Assembly (NCBI GenBank): GCA_032128375.1
Contig: JAQBGU010000096.1
Coordinates: 1 to 64,000, forward strand
DNA from: Deltaproteobacteria bacterium
GTDB lineage: Bacteria; Myxococcota_A; UBA9160; SMWR01
Direction of reading: 5' to 3'
DNA length: 64,000 nucleotides
Position 1 is the stretch's first letter, and each line of letters starts with the position of its first letter. Under the pieces are notes generated by a model that worked only from the letters and a program-made list of their open reading frames with translations, was not told the DNA's origin and ran no database searches. The position numbers were made by a program, and so were the translations under genes. Shown here in pieces: positions 28,071 through 37,993 of the stretch.

Positions 28071-30299
28071 TCAGGCCGGTTCGGCGCCGTCGATGCGGCG
28101 TCCCACGCTGAACAGCAACACCGCGATTGTGGCGGTCGCGCACACGGCTGCAACAGGGAGGTTCCAGCCGGAAACGAACACGGCGGGTAGGTATCCGCAC
28201 ACGATGGCGATGGCCGCGGTCGCAATCGCGTACGGCGTTTGCGTTCGGACATGATCGATGTGGTCACTTCCACTCGAGACCGACGACAGCACGGTCGTGT
28301 CCGAGATCGGTGAGCAATGGTCTCCGAAGATGGATCCATCGAGCACAGCACCGATCGATACGATGACCATGCCGAAGGCACCCAGGGCGGTTTCCGGTCC
28401 CAGCGCGGATGCGAGGCCAACCACGTTCGGCAGCAGAATCGCCATCGTCGACCACGACGAGCCGGTTGCGAAAGAGACCGCGCAACCGACCAGGAACAGC
28501 AGCAAGGGCAGCAATACCGGCGGCAATGCGCCCGAGAGCAGCGCGACCAGATAGTCGGCTGTCGCCAGATCCGCGCAGACTGCTCCGATCATCCAGGCTT
28601 CTAACAACAAGACGACTGCGAATCCCAACGCGCCGGCCCCTCCGCGAGCGGCATGGAATAGCTCCGATGCGCGCAGATGGGGCCGCGATGTTGATCTACT
28701 CGCGAACGGCGCGCTCCAGGCCGTCGCGGTTGCCAGAGCCGCGAAGATGCCTGCATGTGCGAAATAACCAGGGACGGCTCCACCGCTGAACTCGACGACG
28801 GGGTCGCCCAACGCCGCTGAGCCGATCGCGCCGATCACAATCGCCAGCCGGGTGGTCGTCGAGCCGGCCAAGAAGACTGCGAGGCCGAGTCCGGCGCAGG
28901 CGCCTGCGAAAATCGGCGCAGCGCCGCCTCCCGCCAGCAGCACAGGGGTCAGCCCTTCGAGCGATAGCAGGCTGGCCGGTGCGCTGGCGAGAACCGCGAA
29001 ACCACCGCCGTCCCAAAAGATCCGCAACACGGTCACCAACAGTGTCGCCCCCACCGGCAACGCGGCGATCAATGGGTCTCCGGGCATCTGAGGCGCGGGT
29101 TCCATGCTCGAGAGCGCTTCGGAGATCGGAGCGCGTCCACCCCGCCGAACCAACAACCCCTGGCTCCTGGCTCGTCGCTCCGCGCGCGCCATCGGGCCGA
29201 AATCGCGACCGCTGGCGATCGTCAACGCGACAAACAACAGTGTAAACCAGCAGTAGTAGCGATATGGCAGGGCCTGAAGAAAGATCGAATATCCGCTCTG
29301 TGCGATGCCGACCTCCGGGAGCTGCGCACTGAACACAGACACCTCGAATGCGATCCATGTCGACAACAACGAAATTCCCGCGATGGGCGCGGCCGTGCTG
29401 TCGACGATGTACGCGAGCTTCTCCCTGGAGATCCGCAGCCGATCGGTCAGCGGCCTCATCGTCGAGCCGACCAACATGCAATTCGCATAGTCATCGAAGA
29501 AGATCAACAGTCCCATACCCCATGTCAGGAACAACGCGGAACGCACCGACCGCGCAAAGCGCAACATCCGCTCGACGAGCCCTTGGACACCGCCGGCGCG
29601 GGTCATCACTCCGATCATCGCCACGAGCGCTACCACGAAGCCAATGATTTCGATGCGAAAGGTGTCGAACAGTTCGTTCCACAGGTAGACCGCTGCCACA
29701 TCGCGCAGCCCAACCAGCCAGGCCATGCCGGTAGCTCCCTGCTCCACGGCCATCAGCGTCGACCCGGCGTAGATTCCGATGAACAACGCGAGCAAGGTGC
29801 GTCTCGTCACCAACGCGATCGCAATCGCGATTAGCGGCGGCAACAGCGCGCTGCGCCCGGGCAGGCTCCGCGAAGCCCCCGCGGCGATCTCGACGACGCG
29901 GTCGGCGACAGTCGCAGTGACCGAAACGCGGTCGCCGACAGAGACGATCTCGAACTGGAGCGCGATATTGTCCGTTGCTGTGTCTGGCCCGGAGCCAACC
30001 TCCAATCGCGCCCGATCGGCCCGACGCTGCTCGGAATATCGGTTCAGGTTCGCCGCGAGCACCCGTTCGAACGCTGGTTCGTGGATCGTCGCGCCATCGA
30101 TCCGAAACGAGGCCGTCAGTGACGGGTCCTCGCGATCCGCCAGTAGCTCGTCCAGTGAACGAAACAACGAAGTGCGTATTGGCTCGGCCTGCCCGATCGC
30201 GCGCAGGTCGTCGCCGAGCAAATGGCCGACCGCGAGAGCCACCAGTTCGGATCGGTCTGCGGCCGGCCAGAGCAGAGCCGCAGACAACGCGAGGCCCAC
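28071..30299 (-). CDS. Na+/H+ antiporter NhaC-family membrane protein with extended N-terminus
   Basis: [55 protein letters not shown]. Confidence 0.88.
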   Translation of the reverse strand: MGLALSAALLWPAADRSELVALAVGHLLGDDLRAIGQAEPIRTSLFRSLDELLADREDPSLTASFRIDGATIHEPAFERVLAANLNRYSEQRRADRARLEVGSGPDTATDNIALQFEIVSVGDRVSVTATVADRVVEIAAGASRSLPGRSALLPPLIAIAIALVTRRTLLALFIGIYAGSTLMAVEQGATGMAWLVGLRDVAAVYLWNELFDTFRIEIIGFVVALVAMIGVMTRAGGVQGLVERMLRFARSVRSALFLTWGMGLLIFFDDYANCMLVGSTMRPLTDRLRISREKLAYIVDSTAAPIAGISLLSTWIAFEVSVFSAQLPEVGIAQSGYSIFLQALPYRYYCWFTLLFVALTIASGRDFGPMARAERRARSQGLLVRRGGRAPISEALSSMEPAPQMPGDPLIAALPVGATLLVTVLRIFWDGGGFAVLASAPASLLSLEGLTPVLLAGGGAAPIFAGACAGLGLAVFLAGSTTTRLAIVIGAIGSAALGDPVVEFSGGAVPGYFAHAGIFAALATATAWSAPFASRSTSRPHLRASELFHAARGGAGALGFAVVLLLEAWMIGAVCADLATADYLVALLSGALPPVLLPLLLFLVGCAVSFATGSSWSTMAILLPNVVGLASALGPETALGAFGMVIVSIGAVLDGSIFGDHCSPISDTTVLSSVSSGSDHIDHVRTQTPYAIATAAIAIVCGYLPAVFVSGWNLPVAAVCATATIAVLLFSVGRRIDGAEPA

Positions 30300-30437
30300 C
30301 GCGAGGGAGATGCCTCGCGACCAAGCGGACGACGCTCCGCTGGAGGTGCCCGCCAGGGTTCTACCCCCGCTTTGTCGGCAAGTGGATGAGCATAGAGCCG
30401 GACCCGCCGGCCGTGTCGACCGTGACGAAGGTCGGAC

Positions 30438-32465
30438 CTACAGAAACGGAATCATCAGCAACGCGACGACGTTGATCAACTTGAGCATCGGGTTGATGGC
30501 CGGCCCCGCTGTATCCTTGTACGGGTCGCCGACGGTGTCTCCGGTCACAGCCGCCTTGTGCGCTTCGGAGCCCTTGCCGCCGTACTGGCCCATCTCGATG
30601 TACTTCTTCGCGTTGTCCCAGGCCGCCCCGCCGGTCGTCATCGAGAGCGCCACGCAGACACCCGAGACGATCGATCCGATCAGCAGGCCACCCAGCGCAT
30701 CGGCGCCGAGTGAGATGCCAACGACGATCGGGATCACCGCCGGGATCAACGCGGGAGCGATCATTTGCCGGAGTGCCTCCTGGGTGACGATGTCGACGCA
30801 AGTGCGATAATCGGGCTTGCCCGTGCCTTCCATGATGCCTTCGATTTCGCGGAACTGGCGTCGCACTTCGTCGACCACCTTGCCACCTGCGACACTGACG
30901 GCGTCCATCGCCAAGGACGCAAAAATGAACGGAATCATCGCTCCGATGAACAAGCCGGCCAGTACATCGGGATTCGACAGATCGAAGTTTGCCTCCACCC
31001 CGACGCTGCGCAGGTCCGCAATGTAGGTGGCGAACAGCACCACTGCGGCGAGCGCAGCAGACGCGATCGCATAGCCTTTGGTAACGGCCTTCGTGGTGTT
31101 TCCGAACGCGTCGAGCGGGTCGGTCACGGCGCGCACCTCGTCGCCGAGGTCGGCCATTTCGGCGATGCCGCCGGCGTTGTCGGTGATCGGCCCATAGGCG
31201 TCGATCGAGACCACGAGGCCGGCCAACGACAGCATACTCATCGCCGCGATCGATACTCCGCAAAGACCCGCGAGGCTATAGGTCGTCACGATCGCCACGA
31301 CGATTAGGACGACCGGCACGACGGTGGCCTGCATGCCTACCGCGAGGCCACTGATCACGTTGGTGCCGTGCCCGCCCTCGCTCGCCTTCGCAATGCGATC
31401 GACGAAGCGCGAACCGTCGCCCGTGTAGATGTCTGTGATCCACATCATCGCACCCGTAACGACGCCGCCGACTAGCGCACAGAACCAAAGGCTGACACCC
31501 CCAAGATCTACCCCCTGGGCGTCGCTGTCCGGGAAATCGACAAACAGATTCACGACGAGCAACAGTGCCAGCATCAGACCGGTCGCGACCGCCAAGCCCA
31601 GATACATCGCCCCCATCACCGCAGGCTGCTGTCCGGCGACCGGTTCATCGATCTTCACGAAGCGCAGCGCTGCCAGGGTTCCAATGATGCCAACCGCGCC
31701 TACCACGAGCGGGTACAAGAACATCGTCGCGTTGCCGGGAAAAATGATGTGTGCCAGCAGCATGGCCGCTGCAGCCGTCACGCAGAAGGTCTCGAACAAG
31801 TCGGCCGCCATGCCCGCACAGTCGCCCACATTGTCGCCCACGTTGTCGGCGATCACGGCCGGATTTCGCGGATCGTCTTCGGGAATGTTCGCCTCGACCT
31901 TTCCGACCAGGTCCGCGCCGACATCGGCGCCCTTGGTAAAAATGCCACCACCGAGTCGCGCGAATACCGAGATGAGAGATCCACCGAACGCCAACCCGAT
32001 CAACGCGTCGGGCTCCGTTTTGCCGTTGGCATGCATCATCCAGACGACCAGTACGAGGCAGAGCAGACCGGCACCGACCACGATCAGACCGGTCACGGTG
32101 CCGCCCTGGAAGGCCAAGTTGAACGCGCGGCTGTAACCGGATTTCGCAGCCTCTGCGACGCGCACGTTGGCGCTCACCGATACGTTCATGCCGATGAAGC
32201 CGGCGAGCGCACTCGCGGTGGCACCCAGCAAGAACCCACCGGCGTACCACCAGCCCAGCAACACGCCGATCAGCAGCATGATGGGTGCGCCGACCATTGC
32301 GACGGTCCGGTACTGGCGGTTCAGGAATGCGGATGCCCCGGCGCTGATCGCGGCCGCGATCTCGTTGGCACGCTCATGAGTAGCGGGTGCGGCTAGCACG
32401 ACGCGGTAGAGCCAAGCGCCGGTGCCGAGGGCGAACAGCGCTGCCACGAAGGCGATGATGACCAT
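30438..32465 (-). CDS. hppA: Membrane-bound pyrophosphatase, K+-independent H+-pumping type
   Basis: [42 protein letters not shown] (Lys determinant), [17 protein letters not shown] at 32465. Confidence 0.95.
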   Translation of the reverse strand: MVIIAFVAALFALGTGAWLYRVVLAAPATHERANEIAAAISAGASAFLNRQYRTVAMVGAPIMLLIGVLLGWWYAGGFLLGATASALAGFIGMNVSVSANVRVAEAAKSGYSRAFNLAFQGGTVTGLIVVGAGLLCLVLVVWMMHANGKTEPDALIGLAFGGSLISVFARLGGGIFTKGADVGADLVGKVEANIPEDDPRNPAVIADNVGDNVGDCAGMAADLFETFCVTAAAAMLLAHIIFPGNATMFLYPLVVGAVGIIGTLAALRFVKIDEPVAGQQPAVMGAMYLGLAVATGLMLALLLVVNLFVDFPDSDAQGVDLGGVSLWFCALVGGVVTGAMMWITDIYTGDGSRFVDRIAKASEGGHGTNVISGLAVGMQATVVPVVLIVVAIVTTYSLAGLCGVSIAAMSMLSLAGLVVSIDAYGPITDNAGGIAEMADLGDEVRAVTDPLDAFGNTTKAVTKGYAIASAALAAVVLFATYIADLRSVGVEANFDLSNPDVLAGLFIGAMIPFIFASLAMDAVSVAGGKVVDEVRRQFREIEGIMEGTGKPDYRTCVDIVTQEALRQMIAPALIPAVIPIVVGISLGADALGGLLIGSIVSGVCVALSMTTGGAAWDNAKKYIEMGQYGGKGSEAHKAAVTGDTVGDPYKDTAGPAINPMLKLINVVALLMIPFL

Positions 32466-32821
32466 TTGGCGGTGTCTCCAACTCTGTCGAATTACGGGGT
32501 CGTTGCGCGCTTCGGTCGCACGCTGCGACCTCGGGTGACAGTCCGGGGAACTCCCACGGTGACTGTTCGCCGCCCGTCCATTCGGGGCGGAAATGGGCGG
32601 CGGGACACTAGACGGCTGGGCCCGAATCGTCCAGTACTTGCTGGCTCTTTTGCCACAGACGCGCCCGGTCCGGCCGGTTGCCATTCGAGCGAGCGGTGCG
32701 GATCTTGCCTATTACCTGATTGGCTACTTTCCGACTATCAATCGCTGCGAATCGGTGGCTGCGACGACTTGCTTGCTCGTGAAACATGCCGTGGGCGACG
32801 ATCGGCATACGGGGAGATCCC

Positions 32822-34369
32822 ATGAACGGAGCCGAAGCCGCGATCCGAACAGCGATTCGAGCCGGGGTCGACGTGTGTTTTGCGAATCCGGGCACAACCG
32901 AACTCGCATGGGTTCAGGCGCTGGACTCGGTGGGCGGTATCCGGGCGGTTCTCGGGCTGTTCGAGGGTGTCTGCACTGGCGCCGCAGACGGCTACGGACG
33001 CATGACCGATCGCCCCGGCTTGACTCTGCTTCACCTTGGACCCGGCTTTGCCAACGGGATCGCCAATCTCCACAACGCGCGGCGCGCGCGATCGCCGATC
33101 GTCAACCTGATCGGGGATCACGCGAGCTGGCACCTGGCCGCCGACGCACCGCTGACATCGGATATCACCTCCCTGGCGACTCCGGTATCGAACTGGATCC
33201 GAAACAACACTTCAGCGGCCACACTCGCTTCGGATCTGGCCGAAGCGTGGGCCGAAGCAGCCGGAATCCCCGGCCGGATCGCGACCCTGATCGCTCCGAC
33301 CGACTTCCAACTGGGTGAAGGCCAACCTGTCAAGGCACCGCCGCGGCGCGCCACACCCGGGATCGACGCGGACCGAATCTCTCGCGCCGCGAAGGCGCTC
33401 CGCGGCGCACAACGGCCGCTATTTTTCGTCGGAGGACGCGCGCTACGCGAGCCAGGCCTTCGCGCGGCCGCTCGGATCGCCGCCTCGACCGGGGCACGCA
33501 TCGTCTGCGAGACCTTCCCCGCGCGGCTCGAGCGTGGTGGCGACCTTCCGGCGATCGAGCGACTCCCCTACTTCCCCGACCAGGCGATCGAAGCGATCTG
33601 CGAACACGACGTCATCGTCCTCGCCGGCGCGAACGCTCCGGTTTCGTTCTTTGGCTACGAGGGCATCCCGAGCTTGCTGGCGGGGCCGGATACACAGATT
33701 GTTGCGCTTTCGAGTCCAGAGCAAGACGTCGAGGGTTCGCTTCAGAACCTCGCAGACGCATTGACGGGAAGCGGAGATTCGCCGGTAGCTGGCGCCAGCC
33801 AGCCGCGCGCGGAGGCACCCAAGGGGGCACTCCACCCAGCGAGCCTCGGGCTCGCGCTGGCTGCCGCCCAGCCAGAGGGGGCAATCGTCGTCGACGAGGG
33901 CGCGACGAGCGGAATGCCGTATTTCCTGGCTGCGGCCGGCGCCCCACGACACACGTATCTGGGGCTCACAGGCGGAGCAATCGGCCAGGGCTTGCCCTGT
34001 GCGACCGGTGCTGCAATCGGCTGTCCAGATCGGCAGGTGATCGCGCTGCAAGCGGACGGCAGCGGCGCCTATACCGTCCAGGCCTTGTGGACGCAGGCGC
34101 GCGAGTCGCTCGACGTAGTCACCCTACTTTGTTCGAATCGGGCCTATCGGATTCTACAGGTCGAACTCGGGCGCGCCGGGGTAGCCGAACCGGGCCCGAT
34201 CGCGAAGTCGTTGACCGATCTGTCTCGGCCGACACTCGATTGGGTATCACTCGCCCAGGGCTTTGGCGTCCCAGCCGCTCGCGTAGAGACCGCAGACGAG
34301 TTGAACGTCCAACTCGAGATCGCATTCGCAGAGTCGGGTCCCCGCTTGATCGAATTGGAGCTGGGTTGA
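32822..34369 (+). CDS. ThDP-dependent enzyme (acetolactate synthase large subunit-like / decarboxylase family)
   Basis: FANPGTTE, LFEGVCTGAADGY, LHLGPG, ThDP motif ADGSGAY...N; SD GGGGAG. Confidence 0.85.
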   Translation: MNGAEAAIRTAIRAGVDVCFANPGTTELAWVQALDSVGGIRAVLGLFEGVCTGAADGYGRMTDRPGLTLLHLGPGFANGIANLHNARRARSPIVNLIGDHASWHLAADAPLTSDITSLATPVSNWIRNNTSAATLASDLAEAWAEAAGIPGRIATLIAPTDFQLGEGQPVKAPPRRATPGIDADRISRAAKALRGAQRPLFFVGGRALREPGLRAAARIAASTGARIVCETFPARLERGGDLPAIERLPYFPDQAIEAICEHDVIVLAGANAPVSFFGYEGIPSLLAGPDTQIVALSSPEQDVEGSLQNLADALTGSGDSPVAGASQPRAEAPKGALHPASLGLALAAAQPEGAIVVDEGATSGMPYFLAAAGAPRHTYLGLTGGAIGQGLPCATGAAIGCPDRQVIALQADGSGAYTVQALWTQARESLDVVTLLCSNRAYRILQVELGRAGVAEPGPIAKSLTDLSRPTLDWVSLAQGFGVPAARVETADELNVQLEIAFAESGPRLIELELG

Positions 34370-34385
34370 AGTAGCCGCCGCCGGC

Positions 34386-34634
34386 CTAGCGCTTGCGCGG
34401 ATGCACGGAGACGCAGTCGACCCATTTGTCGCGGGTAATCAGAGTCGAGTCCCGAAACACGACGCGACAAAGTCGTTCATCAGATGAGACTTCGGTCAGC
34501 ACGCCGATGCCCGACCACACTTCGGCCGCCGAGTGATCGACGAACACCGGAGTTCCCTTGTTGGGGAGGCACGCAAGGACCGCCGTGCCGCAGCAGGCTG
34601 CCGCAATGACTGCCAGAATCCAGCGTGCGCCCAT
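34386..34634 (-). CDS. Small hypothetical lipoprotein, 82 aa
   Basis: MGARWILAVIAAACCGTAVLAC (lipobox VLA-C) followed by a compact beta-rich domain with two further Cys. Confidence 0.5.
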   Translation of the reverse strand: MGARWILAVIAAACCGTAVLACLPNKGTPVFVDHSAAEVWSGIGVLTEVSSDERLCRVVFRDSTLITRDKWVDCVSVHPRKR

Positions 34635-34881
34635 GCGCTTCGAATCGGCCGCTCCGAGGCCAAACTGAAGCCTGCTTTGCCAGCAGTCCGCTGAATAACC
34701 CTGACCGAGCCAGCTGCGGTCATTTGGCCCAGAAGTGGCGGTCAAGGCCACCGATGCGTGCCGGCATCGCCGGCCGTCTCGGCGCGTAACCCAGCTCTCT
34801 CTGGCGCGAGGTTTCGGAACGCAGAGATCCGGTCGAAGGTCCGTCGGGCGACTGAAGCGTTGTTCGACGGACTGCCTCGCC

Positions 34882-36585
34882 TCAGCGCGGCCCGCTGACC
34901 CGACCCAGCTGGAAATGTTCGATCGGCTCGTTCGACCAACCCCACGGCACGTAGCCGGAACGGTGGCTGTAGAAACCCACACCGGCGTCGGCGTTGGTCG
35001 TTCGCAATGGCAACCAACTGCGGAAGCTGCGACTCCAGACCTGGCGCATACGGTACTCGGACATGTTCTGGCTGACATCGAGTTGGGCCACATTGCGCGC
35101 GGTCGCGATCCAGTCGCCGGCGGCGAGATCCGTTCGACCGTACATCGGAGGGACCACTGCATGGAAACCCTTCCGCTCGAGATAGTGCTGAAGTCCCCAT
35201 TGTCCGACGAAGTAGCGCGCACCAGCCTGGTCACCGATTTCCGACGCGATGTTCCCGGCTGCCGTCCGATAGGAGTTGGCCTGTTCCATGTCGGCCCAGG
35301 CGAGCAAAAATGACAAGGGCATTGCGACCATGGCGACAGCGATGCTCGCTGCTCTGGTTGGCCGCATGTCCTGATCTCGAAACAACAACAACAGCAGCGG
35401 CGGCGCAGCAAGCAGCGCGTCCGCCGCGTTCACGTGCCAGTTCAAGAACATCGAAAAGAACAACGTGCCGCCGAGCCACAACAACAAGAACCGATCCGTC
35501 GAGTCGCCCAGCAATAGCGTCGGCCGCAGGCTCCTGGCGACGAGCAGGAAGCCGCCCGCAAAACCGACTGCAGCGAGCATCGAACCTTCAATATCGAGCG
35601 GAACCCGCCGGGGCGGATCGCCTTCCGGCAGCACGTAGACCACCACGGCCGTCCCGATCAGCAGTCCGGCCACCGCGAGTTCGATGCCCTTCGATCCGCG
35701 CAGCAGCACCCGCAGCCAGATCGCGATCGGAAACAGCAGCGCCGCACCGGTGTAGACGAACGTCGTCGAAGTGTGATTCCAGAACTCAGCACTCTGCCAT
35801 TTTTTCATGTCGGTGACGACATCGGTAGATCCGAGAAAATGGACTTCGCCGTAAACGGCGTGCGTGTACGCTCCCCACACAGTCCAGATCGCGATTGGCA
35901 CCCCGACGACACGCAACATCTGCGCCACCGGCTTCCAGCCCAGCGGTCTCGACAGGAGCACGACACCGGCAGCGAGCAGCGGCGCGGTGGAAAAGCCCAC
36001 GTACTTCATCAATCCGGCTGCCCCCGCGCAGAACCCGGCCGTCCAGCCCCAGCGCGCGAGACCGGTTTCGTTCGCGCGCAGCAGCGCAAGAACACTCATG
36101 AGCCACAGCGCGAGGGTCGGGATATCGAGCATCAACGTGGTCGCGAGCACCAGGAACGCAGGCGTCGCAACCAGCAGCGCGGTCGGCGCGACCCCGTCGC
36201 CACACAGGCGACGACTGATTCCCAGAAACGCGAGTGCCGCGATCAACGGAAACGGCAGGAGCGCCGCGTGTAACACCGCATCCGACTCTCCGAACAATGC
36301 GATGAACGGTGCCAGGTAATACGAAAGCAGCGGCGGATTGCGGTTGAAGACGGCGGCCTTCGGTGACGTCGGGTCCCAGATCATCTCGAAGCCGTACGGA
36401 TCGCTGGGGTCAATCAAGATCTGCTGAGCGACCTCGACGAACACGGGACCGTCGATCGAGATCGCCCCGGGAACAAATGCCAGCAGGGGCAACACCACCC
36501 ACGCGATGAGCCACCCTATTTCCCAGTCGCGACCGCGCGGGTTCGATCGATTGCGCAGCGAGTTCGGCGGCGAGTCAGCCATCAC
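34882..36585 (-). CDS. GT-C fold membrane glycosyltransferase (GT39/ArnT/PMT-like)
   Basis: SIDGPVF..DP.DPY, NPPLLSYY, LMKY, multi-pass membrane, C-terminal QWGLQHY and VGFYS. Confidence 0.78.
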   Translation of the reverse strand: MMADSPPNSLRNRSNPRGRDWEIGWLIAWVVLPLLAFVPGAISIDGPVFVEVAQQILIDPSDPYGFEMIWDPTSPKAAVFNRNPPLLSYYLAPFIALFGESDAVLHAALLPFPLIAALAFLGISRRLCGDGVAPTALLVATPAFLVLATTLMLDIPTLALWLMSVLALLRANETGLARWGWTAGFCAGAAGLMKYVGFSTAPLLAAGVVLLSRPLGWKPVAQMLRVVGVPIAIWTVWGAYTHAVYGEVHFLGSTDVVTDMKKWQSAEFWNHTSTTFVYTGAALLFPIAIWLRVLLRGSKGIELAVAGLLIGTAVVVYVLPEGDPPRRVPLDIEGSMLAAVGFAGGFLLVARSLRPTLLLGDSTDRFLLLWLGGTLFFSMFLNWHVNAADALLAAPPLLLLLFRDQDMRPTRAASIAVAMVAMPLSFLLAWADMEQANSYRTAAGNIASEIGDQAGARYFVGQWGLQHYLERKGFHAVVPPMYGRTDLAAGDWIATARNVAQLDVSQNMSEYRMRQVWSRSFRSWLPLRTTNADAGVGFYSHRSGYVPWGWSNEPIEHFQLGRVSGPR

Positions 36586-36588
36586 GCT

Positions 36589-37914
36589 TCATTCGGTCGG
36601 GGGAGGTGGCTCTTCGCCCTCGAAATACCCGAGGCTCCGGAGTTGATCGAGGATCTCCGCCTCCATTCCCGACTCGCCGTCCTCAACGTATTCGATGGGT
36701 GTTGTGTCGTGGCTCGGGATCGAAGGCCCGGGTGGGAGATCGATGAACGCCGCCGGCCGGCCGGCCATGTCCGCGCCGATCGGTATTCCAAGCCAGCGCA
36801 ACACGCTGGGTGTGACGTCGTTCACCGATACCCATTCATCTTTGGGCGGAATCGAGATATGTGGACCACTCGCAAAGAACAGACCATCCAATGCGCGTGG
36901 CGAGTCGTGCACGCCGGTGAGCACCATCATCTTTGTGCCGGCTTCGAAACCGTGATCGGACACAACCAGGACCAGATCATCGGGTCCGAAGCCACGGGCC
37001 AGTTCTCCGATTAGCGCATCGGTGTAGCGATAATATTGGTGCAAGGCGTCATGCATCGCGGCTTTCTTTGCATCGGTCAGTCCGTATTCACCCTGATAGG
37101 CGCTGTCCGGCTCGACGCCGAACCAGAGCCGATGGGACACGCGATCGATTCCCGGCAGGAAGACCATCAACAAATCGGGTCGCAGCTCCTGATCGACCGC
37201 GGATGCGATGCGCGTTACCACCTGATCGTTTCGGTAGCGTTGCGACAGCTTCCCAGGGAGGATCCATTCCGGAAACACGGACGCGTCGGCAAATGGGTCG
37301 CCGATCTCGGTCAGTGGCTCTTCTTCGGCCACCAGCGCGTCGACCTTCTCTTGCCATTGCGCTGGAAAAACGATCGATCCAGTCGCTGTGTCCGACGTGT
37401 CACTCGCGATTCGCCGCCGCCCTGCGAGCTCCATGGGAAGCAGGTGGTCAGAGACGATGACGCCGTTGACCTTCTCCAGAGGGAATGTGGTCCACCAGTT
37501 GATGACGGCTACTTTGAAACCGGCATCCGAAGCGATGTTCCACAGCGCGTGCGCGGTCCGGTCACGGCTGCTGAACAAGTGACGGCTGCCATCAGGCTCG
37601 ATCTTCGAAAAGTTCAGGATCCCGTGTTGGGTTGGCACTTTGCCGGTGGCAATCGACGCCCAGATGCGGGGGGAAATGAGCGGTAGGTGCGATCGCAAAG
37701 CGCCAAACACACCTTCGGAGCCCAGCTTCGAGAGGTTAGGCAACTCGCCCCGATCGAGCATGGGGCGTGCGATTCGCAGTGTCGCGCCATCGATCCCCAC
37801 AAGCAGCACACGCCCGCGAACTCTCGGCTCGCTACCGCAGCCGACCCAGCAAAGGCAGACGACCAACAGGATCGCAAGCGCCAGCGCGGCTGGCGCGGTG
37901 AATCGGCAATGCAC
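36589..37914 (-). CDS. Alkaline-phosphatase superfamily lipoprotein (nucleotide pyrophosphatase/phosphodiesterase-like)
   Basis: Lipobox WVG-C, LVGIDGA, ISPRIWASIATG, DRVSH, VSDHGF, C-terminal QLRSLGY. Confidence 0.82.
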   Translation of the reverse strand: MHCRFTAPAALALAILLVVCLCWVGCGSEPRVRGRVLLVGIDGATLRIARPMLDRGELPNLSKLGSEGVFGALRSHLPLISPRIWASIATGKVPTQHGILNFSKIEPDGSRHLFSSRDRTAHALWNIASDAGFKVAVINWWTTFPLEKVNGVIVSDHLLPMELAGRRRIASDTSDTATGSIVFPAQWQEKVDALVAEEEPLTEIGDPFADASVFPEWILPGKLSQRYRNDQVVTRIASAVDQELRPDLLMVFLPGIDRVSHRLWFGVEPDSAYQGEYGLTDAKKAAMHDALHQYYRYTDALIGELARGFGPDDLVLVVSDHGFEAGTKMMVLTGVHDSPRALDGLFFASGPHISIPPKDEWVSVNDVTPSVLRWLGIPIGADMAGRPAAFIDLPPGPSIPSHDTTPIEYVEDGESGMEAEILDQLRSLGYFEGEEPPPPTE

Positions 37915-37993
37915 ACCACACCCCGCAAAAAACCCGGATCAACATAGAGCACGCGGCGAGCTACTGCTGCCGAGGTCCGGTCCCGCCGATAGA

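Noticed and set aside
32822..34369. Naming the ThDP enzyme ilvB/ilvI
   Set aside because: No ilvN/ilvC nearby, and the NPGTTE N-terminus resembles decarboxylase-like members; biosynthetic role unsupported.
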